Shown: positions 12,541 to 27,522, counted from the first letter of the stretch. The stretch is 64,000 nucleotides of DNA from Octopus vulgaris (GCA_951406725.2 OX597814.1:188604001-188668000); one strand, 5' to 3'. Numbers and translations: made by a program. The notes: generated from the sequence alone by a model not told the origin.

Positions 12541-13955
12541 AACTTAGATAAACTTAGATATGTTTCGACCAATGATTGGTCCAGGCCATGTCTAACTTAA
12601 TAGCACCACCTGAGAGGATTATTTGAATCCTGTTTAAGTCAAGTTTTGTTTATGGTCCATTCAAGTCGTGAGTTTTTGTTGGGTGAGTTGTATCCAATTA
12701 TGGGTGGCTTATCTGGTATTCCTTGAAGGAATCTATCCAGATTCCGTTTAAAGTTGATGGGAACCTGTTCCTCTTTGATCTCTTTCGGGACAATGTTAAA
12801 TAGGGCAGGGCCTGTTGAGGAAAAGAAATTATGTTGTAGTGTACATGTATGCTGTGATCTTGAATTGGGCAGGGGACGTATGGCCCGTGGTCCCAGTCTT
12901 GGATGAACCTTGAAGCTAATGTTCAGGTCGTTTGGGCAAAATTGGCGGTATATTCTCCACATCGTACAAATAATGTACCGCTCACGGCGACGCTGGAGAG
13001 AGTAAAATTTCAAGGCTTTAAAGCGATCCCAATAATCGAGAGCAGCCATGCCTTCAATTCGTTTAGTGAGTGCCCTCTGGGGTGATTCAATCCTCGAGAT
13101 GTTTTGTCTTGTATGGGGAGACCACAGTGGGCAGCAGTATTCGAGGTGTGTCCGTACAAAGGAGGAGAAAAGTGGTATGATGACACCTTGTTCTCTGGAC
13201 CGGAAAGTTCTTAAGATCCAGGAACTCATCCTACGAGCTATATCGACCTTCTTGTTGGTGTGTGCACTCCAACTGAGATCGTCATCAACAATTACACCCA
13301 GGTCTCTGATATTGTTAGAGGCTGTGAGCGGTTCCCCTGAAGGAAGAGAGTATGGCTGTTTTAGTGAGGAATTTCTTCCAAAATGCATCAGCTCAAATTT
13401 TCCCTCGTTCAGTTGCATTTTGTTTCTGTCTGCCCATTGACTCACAGCATATAGATCAGACTGGAGTTGAGTTCGGTCTACTTCTTCATTGACGATTTGC
13501 TGGAGCTTAGTGTCATCAGCAAATATTTTCACTTTGCAGTAATGTACGACACTAGAAAGGTCGTTTAGGTAGATTATGAAGAGTAGCGGACCCAAGACAG
13601 TCACCTGGGGGACACCGCTGGTGACTTTTGCTGGGCTTGAGTGGACTCCATCAACTACATGTTGTGTTCTATTCGCCAGGAAATACTTGATCCAGTGTTG
13701 AACTTTTCCACGGATTCCAACATTTGCCAATTTTGAGAGTAGGATATTATGGTCTACCCTGTCGAACGCTTTATGACATCAGAGTTCGAACCTGTTCCCA
13801 AGGCTTTGAGCACATCTTTAATGTGGTGTAAGAGCTGTGTTAGACAGTCCCTGCCACAGCGAAAGCCATGCTGATTTGCATTTAGGAGTTTGTGGGTCTC
13901 CAGGAAGTCAGCTATCTTTGATCTTAACACTCTTTCAAACACTTTGATGATGTTT
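12536..13955 (-). mobile_element. CR1-clade LINE, 5'-truncated, RT pseudogene
   Basis: QHGFR, SGVPQ.TVLGPLLF, FADDTKL, DLGV, LEYCCPLWSP, YSLQRRRER; small frameshifting deletion in the DVIxLDFxKAFD motif near 13770; 3' stem-loop and tatctaagtt tail repeats; flanked by (TA)n. Confidence 0.93.
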
Positions 13956-13971
13956 ATATATATATATGTGA

Positions 13972-14002
<31 letters not shown>

Positions 14003-14131
14003 CATGAATATATATCCAGGTGCATGAATATATATGTATACATATATATACATATATACATGTATATATATATGCATGTATATTTATATGCATGTATGTA
14101 TTTTATATACATGTATTTTTATGTTCCTGCA

Positions 14132-14209
<78 letters not shown>

Positions 14210-14308
14210 TGTATATGCATATATATATATTTGTGTATATTTATATATATATGCATATATATATATATTTATATATATGTATGCATATATATATGTATGT
14301 ATACATAC

Positions 14309-14389
<81 letters not shown>

Positions 14390-14483
14390 CATATGTATAT
14401 ACATGTAGATATGTACGTATATATGTATATAAATACACTTTTATGTATATATATTTTATATATATATATATATCAATATATAT

Positions 14484-14523
<40 letters not shown>

Positions 14524-14535
14524 GTACAAATATAT
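13956..14535. repeat. (TA)n-rich microsatellite field
   Basis: Seen directly. Confidence 0.95.
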
Positions 14536-14748
14536 GTGTTTGTGTGTGTCTGTGTTTGTACCCCACCATCACTTGACTACCAATGTTGCTGTGTTTACCT
14601 CTGTATAACGTAACCATTTGCAAAACACACCGATAGAATAAATAATATTCTTACAAAGAATAAATCTTGTTGTCAAAATCATCGACTAAATATGGTGATC
14701 CAGCATGCCAGCTGTCACATGACTGAAGCAAGTAACAGAATAAACAAC
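14536..14748 (+). mobile_element. Degenerate SINE A 3' half
   Basis: Diverged match to tail consensus. Confidence 0.75.
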
Positions 14749-14749
14749 T

Positions 14750-14789
14750 ATGCCATTCTAATCCCGAGCAACGCCGGGTATCTCTGCTA

Positions 14790-14790
<1 letters not shown>
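14750..14790 (+). mobile_element. Isolated Helitron 3' terminus
   Basis: Hairpin cccg-agcaacgc-cggg followed by CTAG then T. Confidence 0.7.
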
Positions 14791-14809
<19 letters not shown>

Positions 14810-14822
<13 letters not shown>

Positions 14823-15322
14823 AAACCGTAGTTGTGTGAGTGTCTGTCCCCTTCGATTTAGATTCCTAACTACTCCCACATTTTGCGGTGCAGTTTAACC
14901 AAATTCGGGTATCTTATAGTCGTGATTCATATCGAGCCCGTCTGAGTATTAGCGCGCGTCTACGAGGAGTCTACGATTTTAAAAATAATTTAACATCATT
15001 TTTTATTCCATTTTAATGCATAATTTTTCGTGTGTCGATGGCGGCGGAGTTGGCGTCCATGGTCACACCTGCACCTGTTTGCTTCTCCCCCTTCTTCCCT
15101 CCCTCGTGAAGCTGTGGGGAAGGGAGTGTAAGGAAATTAACGTCGTAAAGCGTTGTCAAGGAGACCAGCGTTCTTTTAGAAAACGACTTCATGGCTTGAA
15201 GACACCAAAACAGAAATGGCTAAGAAAGCCCAAATTGGCATCTATAAGGGAAGTAACTCTCTAAAAATGCTTATATAGTTATTTCCCTTACAAACCCGAG
15301 CAACGCCGGGCGATACTGCTAG
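14810..15322 (+). mobile_element. Non-autonomous Helitron
   Basis: Nearly identical to 56316-56829; 3' GC hairpin plus CTAG then T; 5' end merges into (TA)n. Confidence 0.85.
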
Positions 15323-15342
15323 TATATACATAAATATATATA

Positions 15343-15493
<151 letters not shown>

Positions 15494-15590
15494 CATCATC
15501 AAGCACAGCAACATAAAAATATTTGCAGATGATTCCATATATACATAAATATATATTTATATACATATATAATATATATATATATATATA

Positions 15591-16946
<1,356 letters not shown>

Positions 16947-16951
<5 letters not shown>

Positions 16952-17090
16952 ACAAAGTGGAGTTGTAGGGTACCGCACGAGTGGAATTATATACGAAAGA
17001 AGGTTTGAAAATGCAATTTTAAAAGATGTTTATTTACTTTACCGGTTTAAACATCTTTTAAAATTGCATTTTCAAACCTTCTTTCGTATA
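16947..17090. repeat. Inverted repeat (arms about 43 bp) in (TA)n; miniature Penelope-like end
   Basis: tatacgaaagaagg..gatgttta and its reverse complement; loop contains accggt; extension resembles 24591-24635. Confidence 0.8.
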
Positions 17091-17103
17091 TATATATATA
17101 TAT

Positions 17104-17345
17104 ATTAAATTAGAGATAAAACCACTATTAGGCAAATCATACAATGAAAAATTTAAGCCAATACATAAGATTAATTAATTTATATTATTTTAAATATATA
17201 TCAAAATTATTAAAAATATACTCATTATCTTTTTTTAATAATTTTGATATATATTTAAAATAATATAAATTAATAAATCTTATGTATTGGCTTAAGTTTT
17301 TCATTGTATGATTTGCCTAATAGTGGTTTTATCTCTAATTTAATA
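17104..17345. repeat. Inverted repeat (arms about 110 bp) in (TA)n
   Basis: taaattagagataaaaccactattaggc and gcctaatagtggttttatctctaattta; one arm extends to about 17430. Confidence 0.85.
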
Positions 17346-17903
17346 TAATATAATATTTTACTATAAAATTGGATTCAATCCTAAATATGATTTTCCCCTG
17401 TAAGTTTGGATTTATTCCCTAATATTTTATTATATATATATATGCATATATATATATTTCCACACACTTATATCGTCTTTTACTATTTATAGTATTACGT
17501 ATATTGTTCAATTGTCGTTTGGTAATTGAAGAGATGAAGTTGGTATATTTAGCAGGTCAATAGATTACGCACATGTTTTCCCTTGTTTCCTCGAAGCAAT
17601 TTTGGAATAATTTCGTATTTCGTCCCCAGAACAAACTGATCATCAAGCTTTCAGTCGCAACATTGCCTCTTTTTTATTTTTTTTTTTTGTATATCAGGAA
17701 CTACATTGACCAAAACATCTTTTATGCAGATAGTAGAATGTGTCTTGAAGAAGAATACATAGCTGTTATTTCTAGTAAGTCGAATGCCCACATAGAAATT
17801 TCCCTTACTGAATAGCGAAACTAACGAGAATATATCGATGCTCAATTACAATATAGAAAATATTCTTAGTCAGCGATGCAGCAGCGAGACCAAACGAACT
17901 CAC

Positions 17904-17904
<1 letters not shown>

Positions 17905-17968
<64 letters not shown>

Positions 17969-17985
17969 TCCCTCCCCCCTCTCTC
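17905..17985. repeat. (CT)n microsatellite
   Basis: Seen directly. Confidence 0.95.
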
Positions 17986-18196
17986 AATCTATCTGTCTGT
18001 TTGTCTATTTATCTATCTTCGCGTTTCTTCGTTTCCAAACGAAGAAGATGCATACATGTTGAAAGGAAGAGCTGACAGTGTTTTCAGTTACATATATAGT
18101 TACACATACATAAGCTCCATTATTAGTACATATATCTATGCACACATGAATGTGCATGAGTGTGTGTGTATATATATACGTGCGCACGTGCACCCA

Positions 18197-18522
18197 CACA
18201 TACATACACACATACATACATACATATATACATACATGCATACATACATACATACATACATACATACATACATACATACATACATACATACACACATACA
18301 TACATACATGCATACGTACATACATACATACATACATACATACATACATACATACATACGTACGTACATACATACATGCATATATACATACATACATACA
18401 TACATACATACATACATACATACATACATACATACATACATACATACGTACATACATACATACATACATACATACATACATACATACATACATACATACT
18501 TACATACATACATACATACACA
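18197..18522. repeat. (CATA)n microsatellite
   Basis: Seen directly. Confidence 0.95.
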
Positions 18523-18956
18523 CTACCTATATGTATGTTTAAATTTTATTATTTATCTCTTGTTATTTTATCTCTCTTGAGGCCACCAGCCACATTAATT
18601 ACCTCTCCGAATTCTCTTTATCTCTACCTCATGTTTCTTTAATTTCTTCAAAATCTTTCCTCCCCTTCCATGTTCTCTTTATTTCAATTCACTGTTTTCT
18701 CTCACTGATGCCAATTCAGTCGTCTTATTTCATTCCTTTAGCTTGGCTCCTTTTATATCGTTGAAAAAAAAAAAAAATTTTTGCTTGAAAATAAAATTCT
18801 TTTTGCATTTGTATAAGTGTGTGTGTGTGCATTTAGAGTTAGGTTTTCTTTTTTCTTTTCTTTGGCTGATTATTATGGCTTGTTTTTCTACAGCTGCAGA
18901 CACGAAGGAAAAGAGAGAGAAGAAGAAAGAAAGAGAGAGATTACCGAGAGAAACAA

Positions 18957-18987
<31 letters not shown>

Positions 18988-20033
18988 ACTAAAAGAGAGG
19001 GAGATTGTGAAAGAAAGTGATAGAGAGACCGAGAGAAAGGGAGTAGGAGAGAAACCAGGCTTTGATCTAAAATGCTAAGATTGTCAGATTCAGTGGAGTA
19101 GGACAACCCGATAGACACCAGCTTGCACAATGGCAACCAACTAAGCGAGGGAGACGGAATCTTCTTGACGACGAATGTTGCTGGTGAATTGGAAGCATTT
19201 TCGATAAAAAATTAACGTGTATCTATTAGAATATGTACGCATCACACACTCACACGCATATGATATATAAATGTGTGTGCATAAATATATGTGTGTATGC
19301 GTGCGTGTGTGTGTACGTATGTATGTATAATTCTACATTCATACCGTCGAGTAGTATGTTACTGGTTACAGAATATAACCGGTCAGAAATTTACCGATGG
19401 TTTCGTGCTTACTGTTACACTTGATAATATTGACGATTCTTCTCACTTACTAGCCGGAAGCACTTACTCTCCTGTATGCTGGAGGGTGAATATGCAATCA
19501 AAGTTCACTCAGTGGTGATTAAAAGAAGAAAGAAACAAGATTAGAAAATACTCCTGAATTCAAAAAGCGAGATTCTTAACCACTGCCTTTATGATAGAAA
19601 ATTTGTTTTGGTAACGTGATCGTCCCTTTTTACGGACTAGAGAACGGAAAACAATTATGTAGGAACAGCTGACTCCTGTCAACCACAGCTGACATTTCCT
19701 AATTCTATCCTGGAAAATGTTATACCTTTCCATTGTTTTATTTTTTTTTTCCTTTCCTTCCACTTCTTATCACCATCGAGTGAACGGGGACTGTATATTC
19801 ATTTCCGACATAAAAGAGACTATGCGCATCCAACTAGCATGCTTGAGGAGTCAGCAGTATTGCCAAATGTAATAGTAAGTTGCTGTGAAACTGTGGATAA
19901 CTTTCTGACTGGTTATATTCCATGATCAAAAACATACTACTTGACAAAATAAAACAATATTACCACTCAAATTCTGTTTTAGAGTGCGCTTTTTTTTTGA
20001 TTTCTGAACAACACAACTAACCGGTAATTTCAT

Positions 20034-20093
<60 letters not shown>

Positions 20094-20097
<4 letters not shown>

Positions 20098-20292
20098 TGT
20101 AGGAAGAAATGGAGCTGAACGAAGATTTAACAAAATTCCTTTATATTATTTTCTACATATGTTTCGAAGGCTGCAAAGTCCCTAATTCGGATTGAATAAG
20201 GAGTCCATTTTGCAGCCTTCGAAACATATGTAGAAAATAATAAAAAGGAATTTTGTTAAATCTTCGTTCAGCTCCATTTCTTCCTACACTTA
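20094..20292. repeat. Inverted repeat (arms about 84 bp) in (TA)n containing HHR 3' half
   Basis: Arms 20094-20177 and 20209-20292; each carries cttc GAAA catatg TA. Confidence 0.88.
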
Positions 20293-20442
20293 ATATATAA
20301 AACTTCAAATTTCCGCACTAAGGCACGGTTTTTATGCCCCATGGTCGTAACTTCAACCGTGCTTTTTCTGTTGTGATTTTTGCTACCCAGGTATCGGTTA
20401 TCATTTGAATTATCCGTAATAAGATAATTCATTTATCTACTT

Positions 20443-20512
<70 letters not shown>

Positions 20513-20517
20513 TACAT

Positions 20518-20551
<34 letters not shown>

Positions 20552-20860
20552 TGAAATAAATAATATATGTATATGTATATATGTATATATACATATATGT
20601 ACATACCTTCAAATATTTGTATATATACATGCATATATGGGTACAGGACGTAAAAAAAGGTGAACAAAATGAAAAACGAACATTTTTTCAAACAACGAAA
20701 GAAACAAAGAAAGAGAGAGAAAATAGAAAGTTCCCGACAATGCGGAAATTAAAAAAAAAACTTTCATATTTCAGCCCCATGTTCAGAAGAAAGAAAAAAC
20801 AGTCTGAGAATAGCCAAGTTATGTAGGTTCGTTTAATAAATTCAAGCGAACTACAATGCT

Positions 20861-21047
<187 letters not shown>

Positions 21048-21067
21048 TATCTAGTTTTGACTTGTTT

Positions 21068-21124
<57 letters not shown>

Positions 21125-21155
21125 CAAAATAAGCAACAAGGATATCCAGAGGTAA

Positions 21156-21242
21156 TGCAGTACGATCGTTTCATGCAATTCCATTTAATTGAACAATGCA
21201 ATCATTACATCAATTTAAAATGCAAAGCAATCGTCAGCAGCA
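21156..21242 (-). ncRNA. Minimal type I hammerhead ribozyme motif
   Basis: tgctg CTGACGA ttgc..gcat GAAA cgatcg TA ctgca; palindromic stem III; single mismatches in stems I and II; points into (TA)n. Confidence 0.75.
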
Positions 21243-21334
21243 CAAAGACATAGAATTTAAATTAACTAGAACAGATGGACGCACTAGCATAATTATACCT
21301 AAAATCTCCAAGAAGTTAAGGAGATAGACAAAGA

Positions 21335-21490
21335 ACATACTGAAAGTGAATGTAGCTAAGAGTAAGGTGATGAGATGATCGAGAAATAGAATGACTGGAT
21401 GGATGTGAGTATATATGGTAAGATGTTAGAGGAGGTGGGTGTTTTTAAGTATCTGGGACCACATGTAACGGCAGATGGGGTGGGGTTGGC
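21335..21490 (+). mobile_element. RTE-clade LINE RT fragment
   Basis: LKVNVAKSKVM and LEEVGVFKYLG translated with disruptions. Confidence 0.75.
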
Positions 21491-21508
21491 TGAGGATATA
21501 TGTGTGTG

Positions 21509-21540
<32 letters not shown>

Positions 21541-22249
21541 TGTATGTATGTATGTATGTATGTATGTATGTATCTATTTATCTATCTATCTATTTATCTA
21601 TCTATGCATATGTATGTATATAAATATGTATGTATATAAATATATAAGTATGTACTATGTGTGTATGACGAGCGAATATGTGTGTGGGTATTCCTGTGTT
21701 TTTTCATGTGAAAACAACTTACAGCTACGTAAAGCTATTCAAGACTTCCAACGGTAGAATATGTTATATTATATGAACATAACACACTCTACTCCTTGAG
21801 GTATTCAATACGCTTTTTGTATGTGTAAGTTTTGTTCACACGAACAAAGTACAAGAATGTTAATTAGCTCCCCTGTCTCGAATATTTTGAATATTTTAAT
21901 TACACACACTAAAACAAAGACATAACAGATAAACTAATACACATACATACATACATACATACACACACATACATATGTTTACATACACATACACGCACAT
22001 GTGCGTATATACTTATACTCATGTATGTGTATGTATTTGTGTAAGTATGTGTAGGTTTGAACGTGTGTTAGCGTACTTTAGTGTTAATAAGCGATTAAAA
22101 TTACACTTCAATACGTTTTAAACGTAGAGTGTATATTTATTCATCTAGATTCAGGACTTGCAGCTGGATCATTGCTTCCTTGTATTACTAAAGTACAATA
22201 ATATTTTGTAGCTCTGATTATAGTGTTGTATATATATATATATGTATAT

Positions 22250-22445
22250 AGGGGGAGAGTTCACGAACAAAAACAAAAGACAAAGACAGGTGGTAGAGAA
22301 AACAAACAGATGTATTGTTATAACGCTCAGGAATTGAAAAAGTCTTTTACGTTTCGAGCCTACGCTCTTCTACAGATAAGAACACAGAAAGAAAAGGAGA
22401 GAAACAAGGAGAGAAAAAAATGTTTGTAATGGCTACCGATCTATC
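22250..22445 (-). mobile_element. Putative Penelope-like terminal remnant with HHR-like motif (22344-22380)
   Basis: CTGTAGAA gagc-gtag-gctc GAAA cg TA aaag; homologous to 16718-16907; 3' end abuts (TA)n. Confidence 0.6.
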
Positions 22446-22937
22446 ATGGTAAATGCCGGACAGAGGGGTCACACAGGAGAGCGAAGAAGTAGGGGAGATA
22501 ACAAAGTAAAGATGATCCCCAAATCGAAGGGGCGTGTGTGTATAAGAGAGTACTTATGTGTGTGTGAAAGAGGGCTGGTGGTCTTGACGTGTACATGTAT
22601 ATACATATATAACCCCCTCACCCACACATACACACGCAAATTGTATGTTATCAATTTTATGGTTCAATTTTCTATGAAATTTGGCTAGTCGTTAATGAGG
22701 ATATGTATTACACGGGTCCAAGGAGGACTTCTTTTTCGTCTCCACAAAGTCGAATGATTTAGTTTAGATAGTATACTGCCGTTGGAAATAATACTAGCTA
22801 GAGAGAATACTATTTGAAGATTATACTATAGTATCAACGATACAAGGTGGGTACGTTGGTGTAAATGTTAGCACACTTGTCGCGAAAACATAGAGGTGTG
22901 TGTACGAGTCCCCGCCGTACGGAAAACTCACTTTTAA

Positions 22938-23222
22938 GTGGTGGCACATGGCCTAGTGGTTAGAGCAGCGGACTCGCGGTTTAGAATCTCAGACCGGGCG
23001 ATGTGTGTGTTTATGAGTGAAACACCTAAGCTCCACGTGGCTCCGGCAGAAGGTAATGGCGAACTTCTGCTGACTCTTTCGCCACAACTTTCACTCATTA
23101 TTTCCTCCTGCATCTTGCAGCTCACCTGCGACGGACCGGCGTCCCGTCCAGGTGGGGAACCTATACGCCAAGAAAACCGGGAAACCGGCCCTTATGAACA
23201 GGCGTGGCTCGAGAAGGAACAA
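22938..23222 (+). mobile_element. SINE, D-type head with V-like tail
   Basis: tRNA-like head; cctgcgacggaccggcgtcccgtccagg. Confidence 0.82.
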
Positions 23223-23782
23223 ATAATCAACAATACAAAAATTAAAGCCATTTGTCAGAATTAAAAACATAAAATAAGCTAAGGGAAATAACTCAAATGG
23301 ATGATGGTTCGGATGATGATACAAACAAGTTCTCAATTGATAGAAATTTGATTTTTTTGTTGGAGAAAGCAAATAAAAGTTTCGCACTCAATGCAATTTT
23401 AAAAAAGAATGAGGAAATAATTTTAAGAAATTAAAAATTAAAAATTAAAAATTAATCTCTGTAAATGAGATAATTTGGTGAAATTAATTTATATGCTTAA
23501 ACATTTGGTTATTGCTTGGAAAGTAAAAGCAAATATGGATTTATCTGTTATACTAACACAATATACTGATTTCTACCTGAGACACAAAGTATCAAATTTG
23601 GAAAAGGGATCAGTCAATTGTATCTTCCTCAGGTATGTAGGTCTTTACTTTATTGATGCCGGAAAGATGAAAGGCAAAACTGACCATGATGTGGTTTGAA
23701 CTCAGAACATCAAGAGGTGCTTTAATGCTTTTACCACTCATCACATTAGACAGAAAAACAGATCCAGTTATTCTTGAAATCA

Positions 23783-24040
23783 CAGTGTTTCTCAACCGTT
23801 TTTTTTTTTAGCTATGAAACCCCTTATTGATTTTCATTTTACTCCAATGGACCAGACCCTCTTAGCCATTCGATGTTTAAAAAAATCTAATTATATTTTT
23901 ATAATTAAATATTATTAGGAACTGTGTAAAAAAATAGTTTAAAATATTTTATGTATCGGAGAAGTGTAACCAATTTCTTGCAGATAAAAAATTTAACCAG
24001 GAAATCCAAAGGCCTTAAGGACCTCCACTGAGAATCACTG
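23783..24040. mobile_element. Old hAT-like MITE
   Basis: Imperfect TIRs cagtgtttctca and tgagaatcactg; no clear TSD. Confidence 0.45.
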
Positions 24041-24208
24041 ACATATTATCTACATTGTAGATTGTAGCAGTGAAATCAGTCAATGTTTATATCAAGCAAT
24101 TAGGTGTCAGTAAGCACATTGGACTACGACAACTGTTTTCGACCTGATAAATACCAGCATCGAGCAAATATGAAATTTATATCTCTCCTCTTCTTGTTAA
24201 TGATTCTA

Positions 24209-24369
24209 GGTGCAGGTGTGGCTGTGTGATAAGAAGATTGCTTCCGAACAACAAGGTTCAGGCTTCTGTCCCAAAATGTGGCACCTTGGGTAAGTGTCTT
24301 CTACTATAGCCCCTGATCAAACAAAGCCTTGTGAGTGGATCTGGAAAATGGAAACTGAAAAGAAGCCCG

Positions 24370-24372
<3 letters not shown>
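24209..24372 (+). mobile_element. SINE family A head
   Basis: Diverged head followed by (TATC)n and a different tail ending in (GAT)n. Confidence 0.75.
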
Positions 24373-24414
<42 letters not shown>

Positions 24415-24542
24415 AATAAACACACATGGATCCTGGAGAGCTGACCAACTCTTATCAAAGCGTCCACTCCGTGCCAGTGTGTAAAACGGAAGTTAAATGA
24501 TGATGATGGTGGTGGTCGTGACGATGATGATCATGATGATTA

Positions 24543-24593
<51 letters not shown>

Positions 24594-24730
24594 TCAATAA
24601 ATGGTGGTGTTGTGTTGACCGCACGTGGAGAAATGATAAGTAAGGAAAAACTTTTTTAAAAATGCAGAATGCTCAAATGAAAGAAAATTTTAATAAAATG
24701 ATAAAATGATAAAATATATAAATATATATT

Positions 24731-24771
24731 TATTCAACCGGTTTTCGTCATTGTATGACTTGTCAAGAATA
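24731..24771 (-). ncRNA. Minimal hammerhead variant (U3:A8) in inverted pseudo-LTR
   Basis: Reverse complement of 27390-27430. Confidence 0.65.
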
Positions 24772-25646
24772 TTTATGTTTTAAGAAGTTTTTTTAAAAAT
24801 TAGAAAGGGGAAAAAAAGAAAATTGCATTGTTTTTTGTAAAAGAATAATGATAAAAATGTACAAAAATTAAAAAATAAGTTCTCCGATACATTGTGAGTT
24901 CGTTGTGTATCTTGAGTTTTATGGTTGTTTACGAAAAAATTACCTTGAGGTGTTAAGATCCAAAGGGATTAAGAGCATGTGTTGTGTTGTGTTGTTAAAT
25001 TCAGCATGTTTGCAGGACAGGAAGTAGTAGTAATTGTGGTCCTGGTTCTTCAGTTCCTGTGTTGTGAGTAAGGGGAGACAACTCTTTTGAGTTCTTCAAT
25101 AAAACCCAAATTATAAAACTATCATTTTAGCTTCATTTGCATTATCTTTTTTATATAATTGCTTGTTAACTTAACTTTCAGATTTTAACACTTTATTTAT
25201 ATTATTTTCTAATAATATAAATCTGCATAGACAATTGCATTTCAAATTGTCATATCATTTATAATAAAAATGATAGTAATAACAACAATAGTAAAAATGA
25301 TATTTAAAGAATATAAGTTTTAGCTTGAAGTGATGAATGCATGGTATCTTTATATATTTGTGTTAGTCCATCCATGAAGAGTGAGGTAGAGAAAGGAAGT
25401 TTGATCAACGAGGAGTTTGCATATTAAGTTGTGTTTGGAATTTTTCAATAAAGAGATTCTCCTTGTTAATTCTCTCCTGTGTGGTGATCCCGTCTTTACA
25501 TTGGTAGAAGGGGAATATATAGAATTTGGGGTTTAAGTCTTTAGCACATGAGTCTAAGTGGTCACTCAGTGGAATTTGTCGGTATTCCGGGAGATTTATT
25601 TGTTCTTTATGCACCGTTACTCGTTTACGTAACGGGAGACTCGTTT

Positions 25647-26756
25647 CATGTTTTCCACACCTACCTAATGGAAAACTGGAAAAAGTATTTAGATGATTGT
25701 TTCATCATATGGAAAGAACCTTATGAAAAACTCCTGGAATTCAAAACCATACTAAACAACATACATCCCAACATCCAATTCACTATGGAATTAAGCAAAC
25801 ATCATCTCCCATTCCTTGATCTCCTAATTATAAAAACACCTGAGAACCAAATCATAACAGACATCTACCACAAACCTACAGACTCACAACAATACCTCCT
25901 CTTTAGTTCATGCCACCCAAAACACACCAAGACAAATATCCCTTTCAATTTAGCTAAAAGGGTATGCACCATTGTCTCGGATCCAAAAACACGAGAAATA
26001 CGCCTTCAAGACCTCAAAAAAACACTATTACAACGTCAATATCCCTCCACCCTTATAGAGTATGGAATAAAACGCGCCAAAAAACTAGACAACACTACAC
26101 TGAAAACCACCCAACCTAACACCACACACAACCTCAAAATACTTCCATACATTTCCACCCACAACCCCAAAAATATCGAAGCATACACCACAATCATACA
26201 AAACCTCAGTCTACTGTCAACAGACCCAAAAATGAAAAACATTATAAATACACACAAAATCCTCAAATGCAAAAGGCAACACAAATCTTTAAAAAAACTC
26301 TTGACAAATGCCAAACTTCACACACCACATCCACCCCCAACAGTAAAAAAATGTGCACGCTCAAACTGTGCTACCTGCCCCTTTCTACTTGAAGGCTCTG
26401 AATTTACCTTCAAACAAGGTACGAAGTTTAAAATCAAAACTAACTTCTCCTGTTCCTCCGAGAACCTTATCTACGTTCTCACATGCGCTGGTTGCCAACA
26501 TAATTATGTTGGACAAACGAGTCTCCCGTTACGTAAACGAGTAACGGTGCATAAAGAACAAATAAATCTCCCGGAATACCGACAAATTCCACTGAGTGAC
26601 CACTTAGACTCATGTGCTAAAGACTTAAACCCCAAATTCTATATATTCCCCTTCTACCAATGTAAAGACGGGATCACCACACAGGAGAGAATTAACAAGG
26701 AGAATCTCTTTATTGAAAAATTCCAAACTCAACTTAATATGCAAACTCCTCGTTGA
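25647..26756 (+). pseudogene. Penelope-like RT C-terminus plus GIY-YIG endonuclease (open frame, N-truncated)
   Basis: YLDDCF, LPFLDL, YHKPT, SCHP, Cys cluster C..SNCATC, NLIYVLTC..C..NYVGQT, conserved R and E; the first 33 aa of the track ORF come from the inverted arm. Confidence 0.92.
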
Positions 26757-27389
26757 TCAAACTTCCTTTCTCTACCTCACTCTTCATGGATGGACTAACA
26801 CAAATATATAAAGATACCATGCATTCATCACTTCAAGCTAAAACTTATATTCTTTAAATATCATTTTTACTATTGTTGTTATTACTATCATTTTTATTAT
26901 AAATGATATGACAATTTGAAATGCAATTGTCTATGCAGATTTATATTATTAGAAAATAATATAAATAAAGTGTTAAAATCTGAAAGTTAAGTTAACAAGC
27001 AATTATATAAAAAAGATAATGCAAATGAAGCTAAAATGATAGTTTTATAATTTGGGTTTTATTGAAGAACTCAAAAGAGTTGTCTCCCCTTACTCACAAC
27101 ACAGGAACTGAAGAACCAGGACCACAATTACTACTACTTCCTGTCCTGCAAACATGCTGAATTTAACAACACAACACAACACATGCTCTTAATCCCTTTG
27201 GATCTTAACACCTCAAGGTAATTTTTTCGTAAACAACCATAAAACTCAAGATACACAACGAACTCACAATGTATCGGAGAACTTATTTTTTAATTTTTGT
27301 ACATTTTTATCATTATTCTTTTACAAAAAACAATGCAATTTTCTTTTTTTCCCCTTTCTAATTTTTAAAACAACTTCTTAAAACATAAA

Positions 27390-27430
27390 TATTCTTGACA
27401 AGTCATACAATGACGAAAACCGGTTGAATA
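27390..27430 (+). ncRNA. Minimal hammerhead variant (U3:A8) in Penelope pseudo-LTR
   Basis: tattc TTGACAA gtca-tacaa-tgac GAAA accggt T gaata; one extra A makes the stem III register ambiguous. Confidence 0.65.
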
Positions 27431-27522
27431 AATATATATTTATATATTTTATCATTTTCTCATTTTATTAAAATTTTCTTTCATTTGAGCATTCTGCATT
27501 TAAAAAAAAATTTTTCCTTACT

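Noticed and set aside
19071-19187. Insulin A-chain-like RRNLLDDECC
   Set aside because: The frame has no start, stops immediately and lacks the remaining cysteines.
25548-25646. N-terminus of the 402 aa ORF
   Set aside because: Antisense of the inverted arm fused in frame by chance; not part of the native protein.
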